Assembly: GCA_028826165.1 (NCBI GenBank)
Contig: JAPDFW010000019.1
Location: 14,017 to 78,016, forward strand
Source of the DNA: Anaeramoeba ignava BMAN
Lineage: Eukaryota; Protista; Anaeramoebae
Direction of reading: 5' to 3'
Length of the DNA: 64,000 nucleotides
Part shown: piece after piece, positions 51,605 through 63,105 of the stretch
Position numbering within the stretch: position 1 is the stretch's first letter
Layout of the letters: each line of letters opens with the position of its first letter
Made by a program: the position numbers and the translations under genes
The notes under the pieces: model-generated
The model's database searches: none
Told to the model about the DNA's origin: nothing
What the model saw: only the letters and a program-made list of their open reading frames with translations

Positions 51605-53035
51605 ATGGATAATAATAATAATAACCAAATTCAAAATGCAAATCAAAATGAAAATGAAAATGAAAATGAAAAGAAAAATTTAGAAAAAAAAGTAACAAAA
51701 AATTTAATTAAAAATTATTCAAACCTTTTAAATGGAAATTCATTTAAAGATTTTTCAATTTTTGTTGAGAATAAATCAAATCCTTTTGAAATTAAAGTTC
51801 ATAAATCAATTTTATCTTCAAGATCTCCTTTTTTTAATGAATCATTAAGGCAAGAATCTCTTTTTATTTCTTTAAATCAATTTAATAAAAAAGAAATGGA
51901 ATCAATTTTGAGTTATATTTATTATGGAAATATTTCTTTTGAGAATCAAGAAAATCTTATCCAATTATTGGAAATTTCAATTTATTTTAAATTAAATTTA
52001 TTGAAAGAAATTATTCAAAAAAAAATTTCAAATTCAATTAATTATTCAAATTTTTTCCAATTTTTATTCCAAAATCGAAATTTAAATTCAAATGAAATTG
52101 AAATAAAATGTTTTGAATTAATAAATCAAAATTTTTCCCAAATTCAAAATAATGAGAATTTATTCAATTTAACTAAAGAAGAAATTATCAAATTTATTCA
52201 ATTTAAACAAGAAAAAAAAGAAATTTTTCAATTTGATTTTTTTCAATTTTTAAATAATTGGATTGAAAAAAGAGTTAATTCATTAAAATTAAGGAAATAT
52301 AAGAACAAAATGAATGAAAAGAAAAGATTATTTCATTCTTTTTTTTCATTATTTGATAAAGATTCAATTTCAAAACAAGATTTTGATAAATTAAAACAAT
52401 TTGATTTTTTTCTTCCCAAATTCTTTTTTAATTCATTTTGAAAGAACTATTTTTCAAATTCAAGATCAAGAAAATCAAACAAAAATCAAAGAAAATGAAA
52501 AGAAAATTAAATCAAAAGATCAAAAGATTAAGTCCTTTGAATTGGAAAATCAAAACAAAAACAAGAGGTTACCAAATGAGCAGAAAGGGAAAGAGTTGGA
52601 TAAGAAAGAAAAAGATATTCAAAATCTAAAATCTGAAAATGAAAAGAAAGAAGTTGAAAAGAAATAAGAAAAAAAAGAAAAGAAAATCAAAAAGAGGAAA
52701 TTCAAAATATTAAATCATTATTTCAGAAAGAAAAAAATCAAAGGAAAGAAAAAGATCTGAAATCGGATAATGAAAAGCAAAAGAAAAAGAAAATCAAAGG
52801 AAAGATAAGATTCTCAAACAAAAAAGATATTCTTAAAAATCAGAGAGAAATTGAAAAAAAAATCAAAAATCAAAAATGAAAATAAAAAGAAAAAGAAAAT
52901 GAAAAGAAAGTGAATCTGATAAAAACAAAACCAAATCAAAAACAAAATCTAAACCAAATCAAAATAAAAGAAAATTGAAAAATCTGATAAAAACAAAACG
53001 AAAACGAAAATCAAAAAATCAAAAAAATTCAAATA

Positions 53036-53067
<32 letters not shown>

Positions 53068-56000
53068 ATCTGATAAAAAAACAAAACCAAATCAAAAACC
53101 AAATCAAAAACCAAATCAAAAACCAAATCAAAAACCAAATCAAAATCAAAATCAAAACCAAATCAAAAAAAATTTTTCCTCAATTTTCAGATTCAGAAAT
53201 TATTAAACAAAAAGAATATATTTATAGATTAAAAAAATGGATAAATGATAATGATTTTTTTTCTAAAATGAAAAAAGGATTTTCAGCAAAAAGAGATGGA
53301 TTTAATTCTAAAAATTGGCATAAAGTAGTTGATGGTAAAGGAAAAACATTAGTTATTATCAAAACAAAAGATAATTTTATTTTTGGAGGTTTTACTCAAG
53401 TTGGATGGACAAATGATAAATCAAAATGGAAAGAAAAAGATACAAAATATAATTATGGATTTATTAATGATCCAAATGCATTTATTTTTTCATTAAGAAA
53501 TGATAAAGGAGATAGAAAACCAGAAAAGTTTACAATTAAAAAAGGTCAAGAAAAATATGCAATTTATTATGATTCAAAAGATGGTCCAAGTTTTGGAGGA
53601 TGTAAATATAAATAATTTATATTTAATAAATATTTATTATTAAAATTAAAATTAAATTAATAAATAATCCAAAATATTAATATAATAAATAATATTATTA
53701 TTTCAATTTAAAATTAAATTTAAATTAAATTATTATTAATTATTATTAAAATTAATTATTTATTTTTATTAAAATAGGGAGTAAATAATTTATATTTAAT
53801 AAATATTTATTATTATAATTAAAATTAAATTAATAAATAATCCAAAATATTAATATAATAAATAATATTATTATTTCAATTTAAAATAAAATTAATTTTA
53901 AATTAAATTATTATTAATTATTATTAAAATTAATTATTTATCTTTATTAAAATAGTTAGTAAATAATTTATGATTAATAAATATTTATTATTATAATTAA
54001 AATTAAATTAATAAATAATCCAAAATATTAATATAATAAATAATATTATTATTTTAAATTTAAAATAAAATTAATTTAAAATTAAATTATTATTAATTAT
54101 TATTAAAATTAATTATTTATCTTTATTAAAATAGATGGTAAATAATTTATATTTAATAAATATTTATTATTATAATTAAAATTAAATTAATAAATAATCC
54201 AAAAATATTAATATAATAAATAATATTATTATTTCAATTTAAAATAAAATTAATTTTAAATTAAATTATTATTAATTATTATTAAAATTAATTATTTATA
54301 TTTATTAAAATAGCTGGTAAATAATTTATATTTAATAAATATTTATTATTATAATTAAAATTAAATTAATAAATAATCCAAAATATTAATATAATAAATA
54401 ATATTATTATTATTTCAATTTAAAATAAAATTAATTTTAAATTAAATTATTATTAATTATTATTAAAATTAATTATTTATCTTTATTAAAATAGTTAGTA
54501 AATAATTTATGATTTAATAAATATTTATTATTATAATTAAAATTAAATTAATAAATAATTCAAAATATCAATATAATAAATAATATTATTATTTCAATTT
54601 AAAATAAAATTAATTTTAAATTAAATTATTATTAATTATTATTAAAATTAATTATTTATCTTTATTAAAATAGTTTGTAAATAATTTATATTTAATAAAT
54701 ATTTATTATTATAATTAAAATTAAATTAATAAATAATTCAAAATATTAATATAATAAATAATATTATTATTTCAATTTAAAATAAAATTAATTTTAAATT
54801 AAATTATTATTAATTATTATTAAAATTAATTATTTATCTTTATTAAAATAGCTTGTAAATAATTTATATTTAATAAATATTTATTATTATAATTAAAATT
54901 AAATTAATAAATAATCCAAAATATTAATATAATAAATAATATTATTATTTCAATTTAAAATAAAATTAATTTTAAATTAAATTATTATTAATTATTATTA
55001 AAATTAATTATTTATATTTATTAAAATAGTTTGTAAATAATTTATATTTAATAAATATTTATTATTATAATTAAAATTAAATTAATAAATAATCCAAAAT
55101 ATTAATATAATAAATAATATTATTATTTCAATTTAAAATAAAATTAATTTTAAATTAAATTATTATTAATTATTATTAAAATTAATTATTTATCTTTATT
55201 AAAATAGTTCGTAAATAATTTATATTTAATAAATATTTATTATTATAATTAAAATTAAATTAATAAATAATTCAAAATATTAATATAATAAATAATATTA
55301 TTATTTCAATTTAAAATAAAATTAATTTTAAATTAAATTATTATTAAAATTAATTATTTATATTTATTAAAATATGCAAATAATTTATATTTAATAAATA
55401 TTTATTATTATTATAATTAAATTAAATTATTATTAATTATTATTAAAATAATTATTTATTTTATAAAATATTTAAAATAATTTTTTTAAAAATTATTTAT
55501 TATAATTAAAATTAAATTAATAAATAATCTAAAATATTAATATAATAAATAATATTATTATTTTAATTTAAAATAAAATTAATTTTAAATTAAATTATTA
55601 TTAATTATTATTAAAATTAATTATTTATCTTTATTAAAATAGAGGTTAAATAATTTATATTTAATAAATATTTATTATTATAATTAAAATTAAATTAATA
55701 AATAATTCAAAATATCAATATAATAAATAATATTATTATTTCAATTTAAAATAAAATTAATTTTAAATTAAATTATTATTAATTATTATTAAAATTAATT
55801 ATTTATATTTATTAAAATAGCTTGGTAAATAATTTATATTTAATAAATATTTATTATTATAATTAAAATTAAATTAATAAATAATCTAAAATATTAATAT
55901 AATAAATAATATTATTATTTCAATTTAAAATAAAATTAATTTTAAATTAAATTATTATTAATTATTATTAAAATTAATTATTTATCTTTATTAAAATAGA

Positions 56001-57553
56001 TAGTAAATAATTTATATTTAATAAATATTTATTATTTATAATTAAAATTAAATTAATAAATAATCCAAAATATCAATATAATAAATAATATTATTATTTT
56101 AATTTAAAATAAAATTAATTTTAAATTAAATTATTATTAATTATTATTAAAATTAATTATTTATCTTTATTAAAATAGGTTGTAAATAATTTATATTTAA
56201 TAAATATTTATTATTATAATTAAAATTAAATTAATAAATAATTCAAAATATTAATATAATAAATGATATTATTATTTTAAATTTAAAATAAAATTAATTT
56301 TAAATTAAATTATTATTAATTATTATTAAAATTAATTATTTATCTTTATTAAAATAGATAGTAAATAATTTATATTTAATAAATATTTATTATTATAATT
56401 AAAATTAAATTAATAAATAATTCAAAATATTAATATAATAAATAATATTATTATTTTAATTTAAAATAAAATTAATTTTAAATTTAAATTATTATTAATT
56501 ATTATTAAAATTAATTATTTATCTTTATTAAAATAGGTTGTAAATAATTTATATTTAATAAATATTTATTATTATAATTAAAATTAAATTAATAAATAAT
56601 TCAAAATATTAATATAATAAATGATATTATTATTTAAATTTAAAATAAAATTAATTTTTAAATTAAATTATTATTAATTATTATTAAAATTAATTATTTA
56701 TCTTTATTAAAATAGATGGTAAATAATTTATATTTAATAAATATTTATTATTATAATTAAAATTAAATTAATAAATAATTCAAAATATTAATATAATAAA
56801 TATTATTATTATTTCAATTTAAAATAAAATAAATTTTAAATTAAATTATTATTAATTATTATTAAAATTAATTATTTATCTTTATTAAAAATAGGTTGTA
56901 AATAATTTATATTTAATAAATATTTATTATTATAATTAAAATTAAATTAATAAATAATTCAAAATATTAATATAATAAATGATATTATTATTTAAATTTA
57001 AAATAAAATTAATTTTAAATTAAATTATTATTAATTATTATTAAAATTAATTATTTATATTTATTAAAATAGCTTGTAAATAATTTAAATTTAAAATAAA
57101 AATTAATTTTAAATTAATAAATAATTCAAAATATTAATATAATAAATGATATTATTATTTAAATTTAAAATAAAATTAATATTAAATTAAATTATTATTA
57201 ATTATTATTAAAATTAATTATTTATATTTATTAAAATAGCTGGTAAATAATTTATATCTAATAAATAATCCAAAATATTAATATAATAAATAATATTATT
57301 ATTTAAATTTAAAATAAAATAAATTTAAAATTAAATTATTATTAATTATTATTAAAATTAATTATTTATCTTTATTAAAATATTTATAGGTGATATTGAG
57401 TTAGATTCTAAATTACAATCTGGTAAATCAAATTTTGGTAAAAGTTATAATCTACCCAATGGAATTACTTATGGAACAGATGAAGCTAAAAGTTATTTAG
57501 CTGGTTCTTTTGATAAATGGGTTGTTGATGAACTTGAGACTTATTTCATTTAA
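51605..57553 (+). CDS. BTB-coiled-coil-TLDc protein (paralog 3) whose TLDc domain is split by an intron/micro-exon array; upstream frameshifts are errors or decay
   Basis: BTB in 51605..52441 (DFSIFV..IKVHKSILSSRSPFF). TLDc in 53040..53601 ending GPSFGG. Final exon 57390-57553 encodes (x)DIELDSKLQSGKSNFGKSYNLPNGITYGTDEAKSYLAGSFDKWVVDELETYFI*, collinear with paralogs 1 and 2. Frameshifts at about 52420 and 52660-53040. Confidence 0.8.
53602..57389 (+). repeat. Tandem array of ~176-nt near-identical GT-AG introns separated by variable 3-nt micro-exons
   Basis: Junctions read TTTATTAAAATAG-NNN-GTAAATAATTTA every ~179 bp. There are 17 clean 3-nt inserts, one of 2 nt, one of 4 nt and two degenerate junctions. 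Confidence 0.9.
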
Positions 57554-58047
57554 AAACTTTTTTTTCATTTTTTTTTCAAAATTTAATTCAATTTTCATTT
57601 ACTTTCAATCAAATTAAATTCTTTAAATCAATAAATAAGAAACAAATCCAATTTTAAACAATTTAATTTTAATTTAAAAATATTATTAAAAAGAAGATTA
57701 AATTGAAAAAAGAAAAATCAAAAATATATAAAAATTGAAAATAGAAATTAATAATAATTAATTGTAAAATATTTTATAAAATATAAAATAAGAAACAAAT
57801 CCATTATAATTCATTATTAAAAAATTATTTAATAAATAAATAAATTGAAAATATTTTTAAATAATAAAATATTTAAATCTAAAACAATAAATTATTATTT
57901 TAATAATAGAATTAAATATTAAATTATATTTTTAAATTAATTTATAAATTAAATATTAGAGTTGTTCATAAAAATCACTTGTTCATAAGATTTTTTTTAA
58001 TGATTTTTTTCTTTTAGATTTTGTTTTTTTTTGGCCGATTCAATCCA

Positions 58048-58176
58048 GTTTGTTCACAGAACGGTTTTTTGTTCACAGAACAGTTTTTTGTTCACAGAAC
58101 GATATTTGTTCACTGAACAAACTAGGTTCACTGAACAAACTAGGTTCACTGAACAAACTAGGTTCACTGAACAAAC
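58048..58176. repeat. Tandem 18-19-bp repeats each with inverted core GTTC-AC(A/T)-GAAC
   Basis: TTTGTTCACAGAAC x3, then GTTCACTGAACAAACT x4. Confidence 0.85.
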
Positions 58177-58317
58177 TGAAAGGATTCAACAAGAAAAAAT
58201 AAAGAAAAAAAAATAAGAAAGTTTGTTGGTTTAGAAAAAAGAGACTTTGAAAAAAAAAAAGAAAAAAAAAAAAAAAAAAAAAGAAAAAAAAGAAAAAAGA
58301 ATTCCAAAAAGAAATGA

Positions 58318-60353
58318 TTAAATTTTTTGATCTTTTAATTGATTAATCAAATTTTGGATGTTATCTTGAGAAAGCATTCTCATATCCACTTTCGATGTTT
58401 TTTCATCTTCTGTTTTTTTTAGAACAGAATTATTTTCCACCTTTTTCAAATTTGGAGAGGAATATTCTGATTTGTTTTGATTTGAATTCTTCATCTTTTC
58501 ATAAAGTAATATCGATGCATTGTTTGTGAGATATTTTATTGGATTGCGGACAAAAAAAACTTTGGAATCATCGAATACATACCACTTACCATTTTCCTTA
58601 TTCCTCCATAACGCAATGTAATGCCCTTCCTTCAATGAAATCCCCAAATGAAGAATCGCACCTCTTAAAGAATATTCTTTGTCATCTTTATTGATTGATT
58701 TATTGGTTTCATTTAATAAATCTTTTTCTTTTAAATTATTAGATTGATTTGTTTCAATAGATTCAATTCTTTCATCAATTTGATTTGTTTCAATAGATTC
58801 AATACTTTCATCAATTTGATTTGTTTCAATAGATTCAATACTTTCATCAATTTGATTTGTTTCAATAGATTCAATACTTTCATCAATTTGATTTGATTTG
58901 TTTCAATAGATTCAATACTTTCATCAATTTGATTTGATTGAGAAGATTTTGATGAGAAAACTAATGGAGATGAATAAAGTGATTGATTGTTTTCATTTAA
59001 TAAATCTTTTTCTTTTAAATTATTAGATTGATTTGTTTCAATAGATTCAATTCTTTCATCAACTTCATTCAATGGAGAGGATTGATTTGAAAGAATGCAA
59101 GGAGGTGTTGAAATATCTTGAATATTATGAGGAATCCAATTTTCTTCTCCATATTTCTGTAAATCAATTTTGTCGGGAATCACCACAGGCCAACTTTTCT
59201 TTCCAGTGCTTCCATCTTTTTTCCACCAAAATCTTTCTAAATGAATCCAAAAAAAAAATGAGGAAAATCTGAAATGAAGAATTGTTGAGATTGGGATTTT
59301 GGGGTAATCTCTTCTTTTTTTGGAATATCTTTCGGTGATGTAACTTCATGAGTTTTCGATTGGTGCTTTCTTCCTTTTCTTCTTCTTTTTGTTTTTTGTG
59401 ATAGTTTTTCCGTCTTCTCAGGAGTTAAAGAAATTTCTTTTTTGGTTGAGGATGTGCTTTTTTCGTTAGAGTTCTTTTTTTTTTTGTTTTTTACATTCTT
59501 CACAAATCATCAAATTGTCTTTGTCAGGATGAATCAAAGAGAAATAAGAATCAATTAAATCAAGAAGATGAATTGGAGTATTTGCAACTGGAGGATATAA
59601 GAAGATATTCAAGCTGTAAAATTCTGTTTCAGTTTCAGACCAATGACCACATGCTCCATAAAAAATCTTCTTCTTTTTCCAATCCACAATGTGCTCTAAT
59701 CAAACTCAGATTTTCTCTTATCTTGAATTTGAATTTTTGTTGGGTGTATTATTGTAAAGTAATAACGAGTCAATCCGGAGATTATCTAACAAAAATCCAG
59801 AAAATCATGAGCATCTTTTTGAGAGGATTTGGACCATACATTTTTAAGTCCCTTCAAATCGTTTTGTAAGGATACGAGATATGAATATGGAACAGTCTCT
59901 TTTTCGGTTTTCATCTGTTGGGAGATGGACAAAAATTTTTCAACTAAAAGATCCTTTGAGGATTGAAAAATTCTCCATTTGTTCTCAGGAAGAGTTGAAG
60001 AACATAAATCATGAAACAAGAGTTGCAAGGATTTTCTATTCCCCCTTTTAAAGATAGATTACTTTTTGAGAAGGACCATCACTTTTCAAATCAGAGAAAA
60101 ATTGAGTGCAGGTTTTTGGGAGAATTACTTTGAGAGAGAGGATTAGAAGGAGGTTCCACAATCATTTTTCGTTTCTTTTGATTGTTTTGAGAGTTTTCCC
60201 TTTTGATGATTCATCTGATTTTGGAGAGTCTTGAATGAGTTCAAAACTGATCATCTTCGTCCATTTGAAAGAAGTTGGTTTGTTGCATTTAGATTTTTCG
60301 GGGTTGTAGTTCTTAAAGGAGTTAGTTGAATTTTTAGATTTTGAGCGGAACAA
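58318..60353 (-). pseudogene. Ubiquitin-specific protease (USP/peptidase C19), multiply frameshifted, no evident introns
   Basis: Minus-strand Cys box GIENPCNSCFMIYVLQLF (about 60043-59990), QKDAHDFLDF, CxxC pairs, His box GHYIALWR..GKWYVFDDSKV and ASILLYEK. These lie in different frames. Confidence 0.75.
58710..59062. repeat. 33-bp tandem repeat (QIDESIESIETN-coding on minus strand) inside USP gene
   Basis: TCATCAATTTGATTTGTTTCAATAGATTCAATACT repeated about 5 times. 58710-58780 is duplicated at 58993-59060. Confidence 0.8.
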
Positions 60354-61059
60354 ATTACAAATAATAATCGGAAATCGGTCATATTTCCTCTGGTTTAAAC
60401 ATCATGATGTTGAATTTTTAAGGCGTCCATAGTAGTTTTCCACAAAGAACTCATCTGAAAGAGTTTGATATTAAATTGGATTTTTATTGAGAAATCTTTG
60501 AAGTTTTTTGGTAATACATTTACATTGTTTTTGAATGCCTTGAAATCCGGTCAAAGAATCTGATATCTTTTTCTTTTTTCCCATTTTTATCACGAAATCT
60601 ATAATGGTACATTTATTAGACCAAATTAATATCCCATACAATCTTGTCATGGTTTTTTGTTATGGAATAAATATCCATCATTAGACCATTTAAAATGGAT
60701 TTGTTAATTTTTTGAAACAATAAATTATGCTTTTGAGTATGTCAGTGTCCTTTTGATTTTTGGTCGTTGTAAATTGAACATTTACAATAATTTGGATAAT
60801 TTAAAAACCGATATTATTTTTTCTTGCCTTTTTCTTTGATATTCAATGTATTTAATTTTTGAAATCATTTGAATCGAACTAAAATTTTTGAATAAATTAT
60901 TTATTTTTTCGAGGAACAAAAACTTCCATTGAAGAAAAATTATAATAGGAATAAAAATTTAGGAAAGATAACCAAATAAATTAGATAAAATTCTTTTTGG
61001 TTTCGTTGATTAAAAGGAGAAATGATATCCTTCACATATTGAAAAATCCAAAAACCTTC

Positions 61060-63105
61060 AAAAAATATATTATTATTTTAATAACAGAAAATTGAAATAT
61101 TAAATTATATTTTGAGGAAATTAATTTATAAATTAAAATATTATCGTGCCCAAATTCTAGACTCTAGTTTTTATATTTATTCATTTTAAAATATTTGAAT
61201 ATTTCAAAAATTTTTAAATTTGAAATGGTTTATTATTTTAAAAAAACAAATTAAGAAAAATTAAGAAAAATATTTTTAGGGGAAATTAATTTATTTTTCA
61301 AATAAAATTAAATTAAATCTATTCTGATTTTTATAAGAGATATATGTTAAATATTTAAATAATAAAAAAATATTTAAATCTCAAAAACAATAAATTATTA
61401 TTTCTGAAAGGAATTAAATTTTGAATATTAAATTATATTTTGAAACTAATTTATAAATTAAATATTAAATTAAATCTATTCTCATTTTTATATTTATATG
61501 TTAAATATTTAAATAATAAAAAATATTTAAATCTAAAACATTAAATTATTATTTTAAACATAAAATTGAATATTAAATTATATTTAGAAATAATTTATAA
61601 ATTAAATATTAAATTAAAATCTATTCTCATTTTTATATTTATATGTTTAATATTTAAATAATAAAATAATTAAATCAAAAACAATAAATTATTATTTTAA
61701 AACATAAAATTGAATATTAAATTATATTTTTAAATTAATTTTATAAAATTAAATATTAAATTCAAATCTATTTCATTTTTATTTTATATATGTTAAATAT
61801 TTAAATAATAAAATATTTTAAAATTAAAAACACAAATTTCATTTTAAACATAAAATTAAATATTAAAATTATATTTAAATAATTTTATAAATTAAATATT
61901 AAAATTAAATCTATTTTCATTTTTTATTTTTTTATATGTTAAAATATTTAAAATATTTAAAATCTAAAAACAATTAAAATTATTATTTCCAAAATCATAA
62001 AAATTTGAATAAATTATTATATTTAAAATTGATTTTAAATTAAATATTAGATTAAATATTCTATTTTTAATAGTGTTAGTATTTTAAATTGATTTTTAAA
62101 TTTAAATATTAGAATCAAATTATATTTTTAAATTTTTGGAGAACTTGATTTACAAATCTGTGCTTTTAAATGTTTTCTGATATAAAAATGAATTTAAATA
62201 AAACATATTAAAACGAAAAAATTAACTCCATTATTTTAACAAATAAAATTTAAAATTAAATTAGCATTTTGAAATAATTTATAAACTGAATATTAAATTA
62301 AATCTTATTCTTTTTATTTTTATATGCAAAAATATTTTAAATAATGTAAAATATTTTAAAATCTAAAACATTAAAATTCATTATTTTAATAATAATAATA
62401 AAAATATAAATATTAAATTAGATCAAATTGAATTTGTAAAATTAAATAATAAATCAAAATTTATTTTCATTTTTATATTTACATATGTTAAATATTTTAA
62501 AATAATGAAAAAATATTTTAAACAAAACAATAAAAATTTCAATAATAGAATTAAATTTTTGAGCATTTTCAAATAAAATGAAATTAAATTTAAAAATTAT
62601 ATTTTTCTTTTTAAACATTTTAAAATAATGAATGAATCTTTCAACTCATTATCTCATTTTTATACGCCTTTATTTTTAAAAATATTTGAAATAAAATAAA
62701 ATATTTTTTGTTTAAATCTTTAAAAACAATAAATATGAAACAACAAACTGATATTTAATAACAAAATCAAATATTAAATTATATTTTTAAATTGACGAAA
62801 ACTGAATATTAAATTTAATGGATCCATTATACTTTTATGTTAAATATTTAAAGAATAAAATATTTGAATCTAAAAACAATAAATTCATTATCTTAAATAA
62901 TAAAACAAATCATATTTTTAAACACCTATATTTTTGAAATAATAGATAAATTCTGATATTTAACCCATTCTTTTTATATTTATATGTTAAATATTTAAAT
63001 AACAAAAATAATTGAAAATATAAAAATAAATTATTATTTTAAAAACATAAAATTAAATACAAATTATATTTGAATATTTATAATTAAACATTAAATTAAA
63101 CTTAT
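61060..63105. repeat. Degenerate ~140-150-bp AT-rich satellite
   Basis: TATATGTTAAATATTTAAATAATAAAA..TCTAAAACAATAAATTATTATTTT..ATATTAAATTATATTTT recurs at about 61342, 61495, 61640, 61788, 61933 and onward. A partial copy sits at 57850-57958. Confidence 0.75.

Noticed and set aside
53602-57389. CRISPR array (repeat/spacer-like periodicity)
   Set aside because: Repeats are ~176 nt and spacers 3 nt, there are no cas genes, the context is eukaryotic, and the boundaries are spliceosomal GT/AG.
57957-61166. Terminal inverted repeat TAGAGT/ACTCTA or Helitron-like CTAG end around the USP segment
   Set aside because: Only a 6-bp match with no clear TSD or terminal hairpin, which could be chance.
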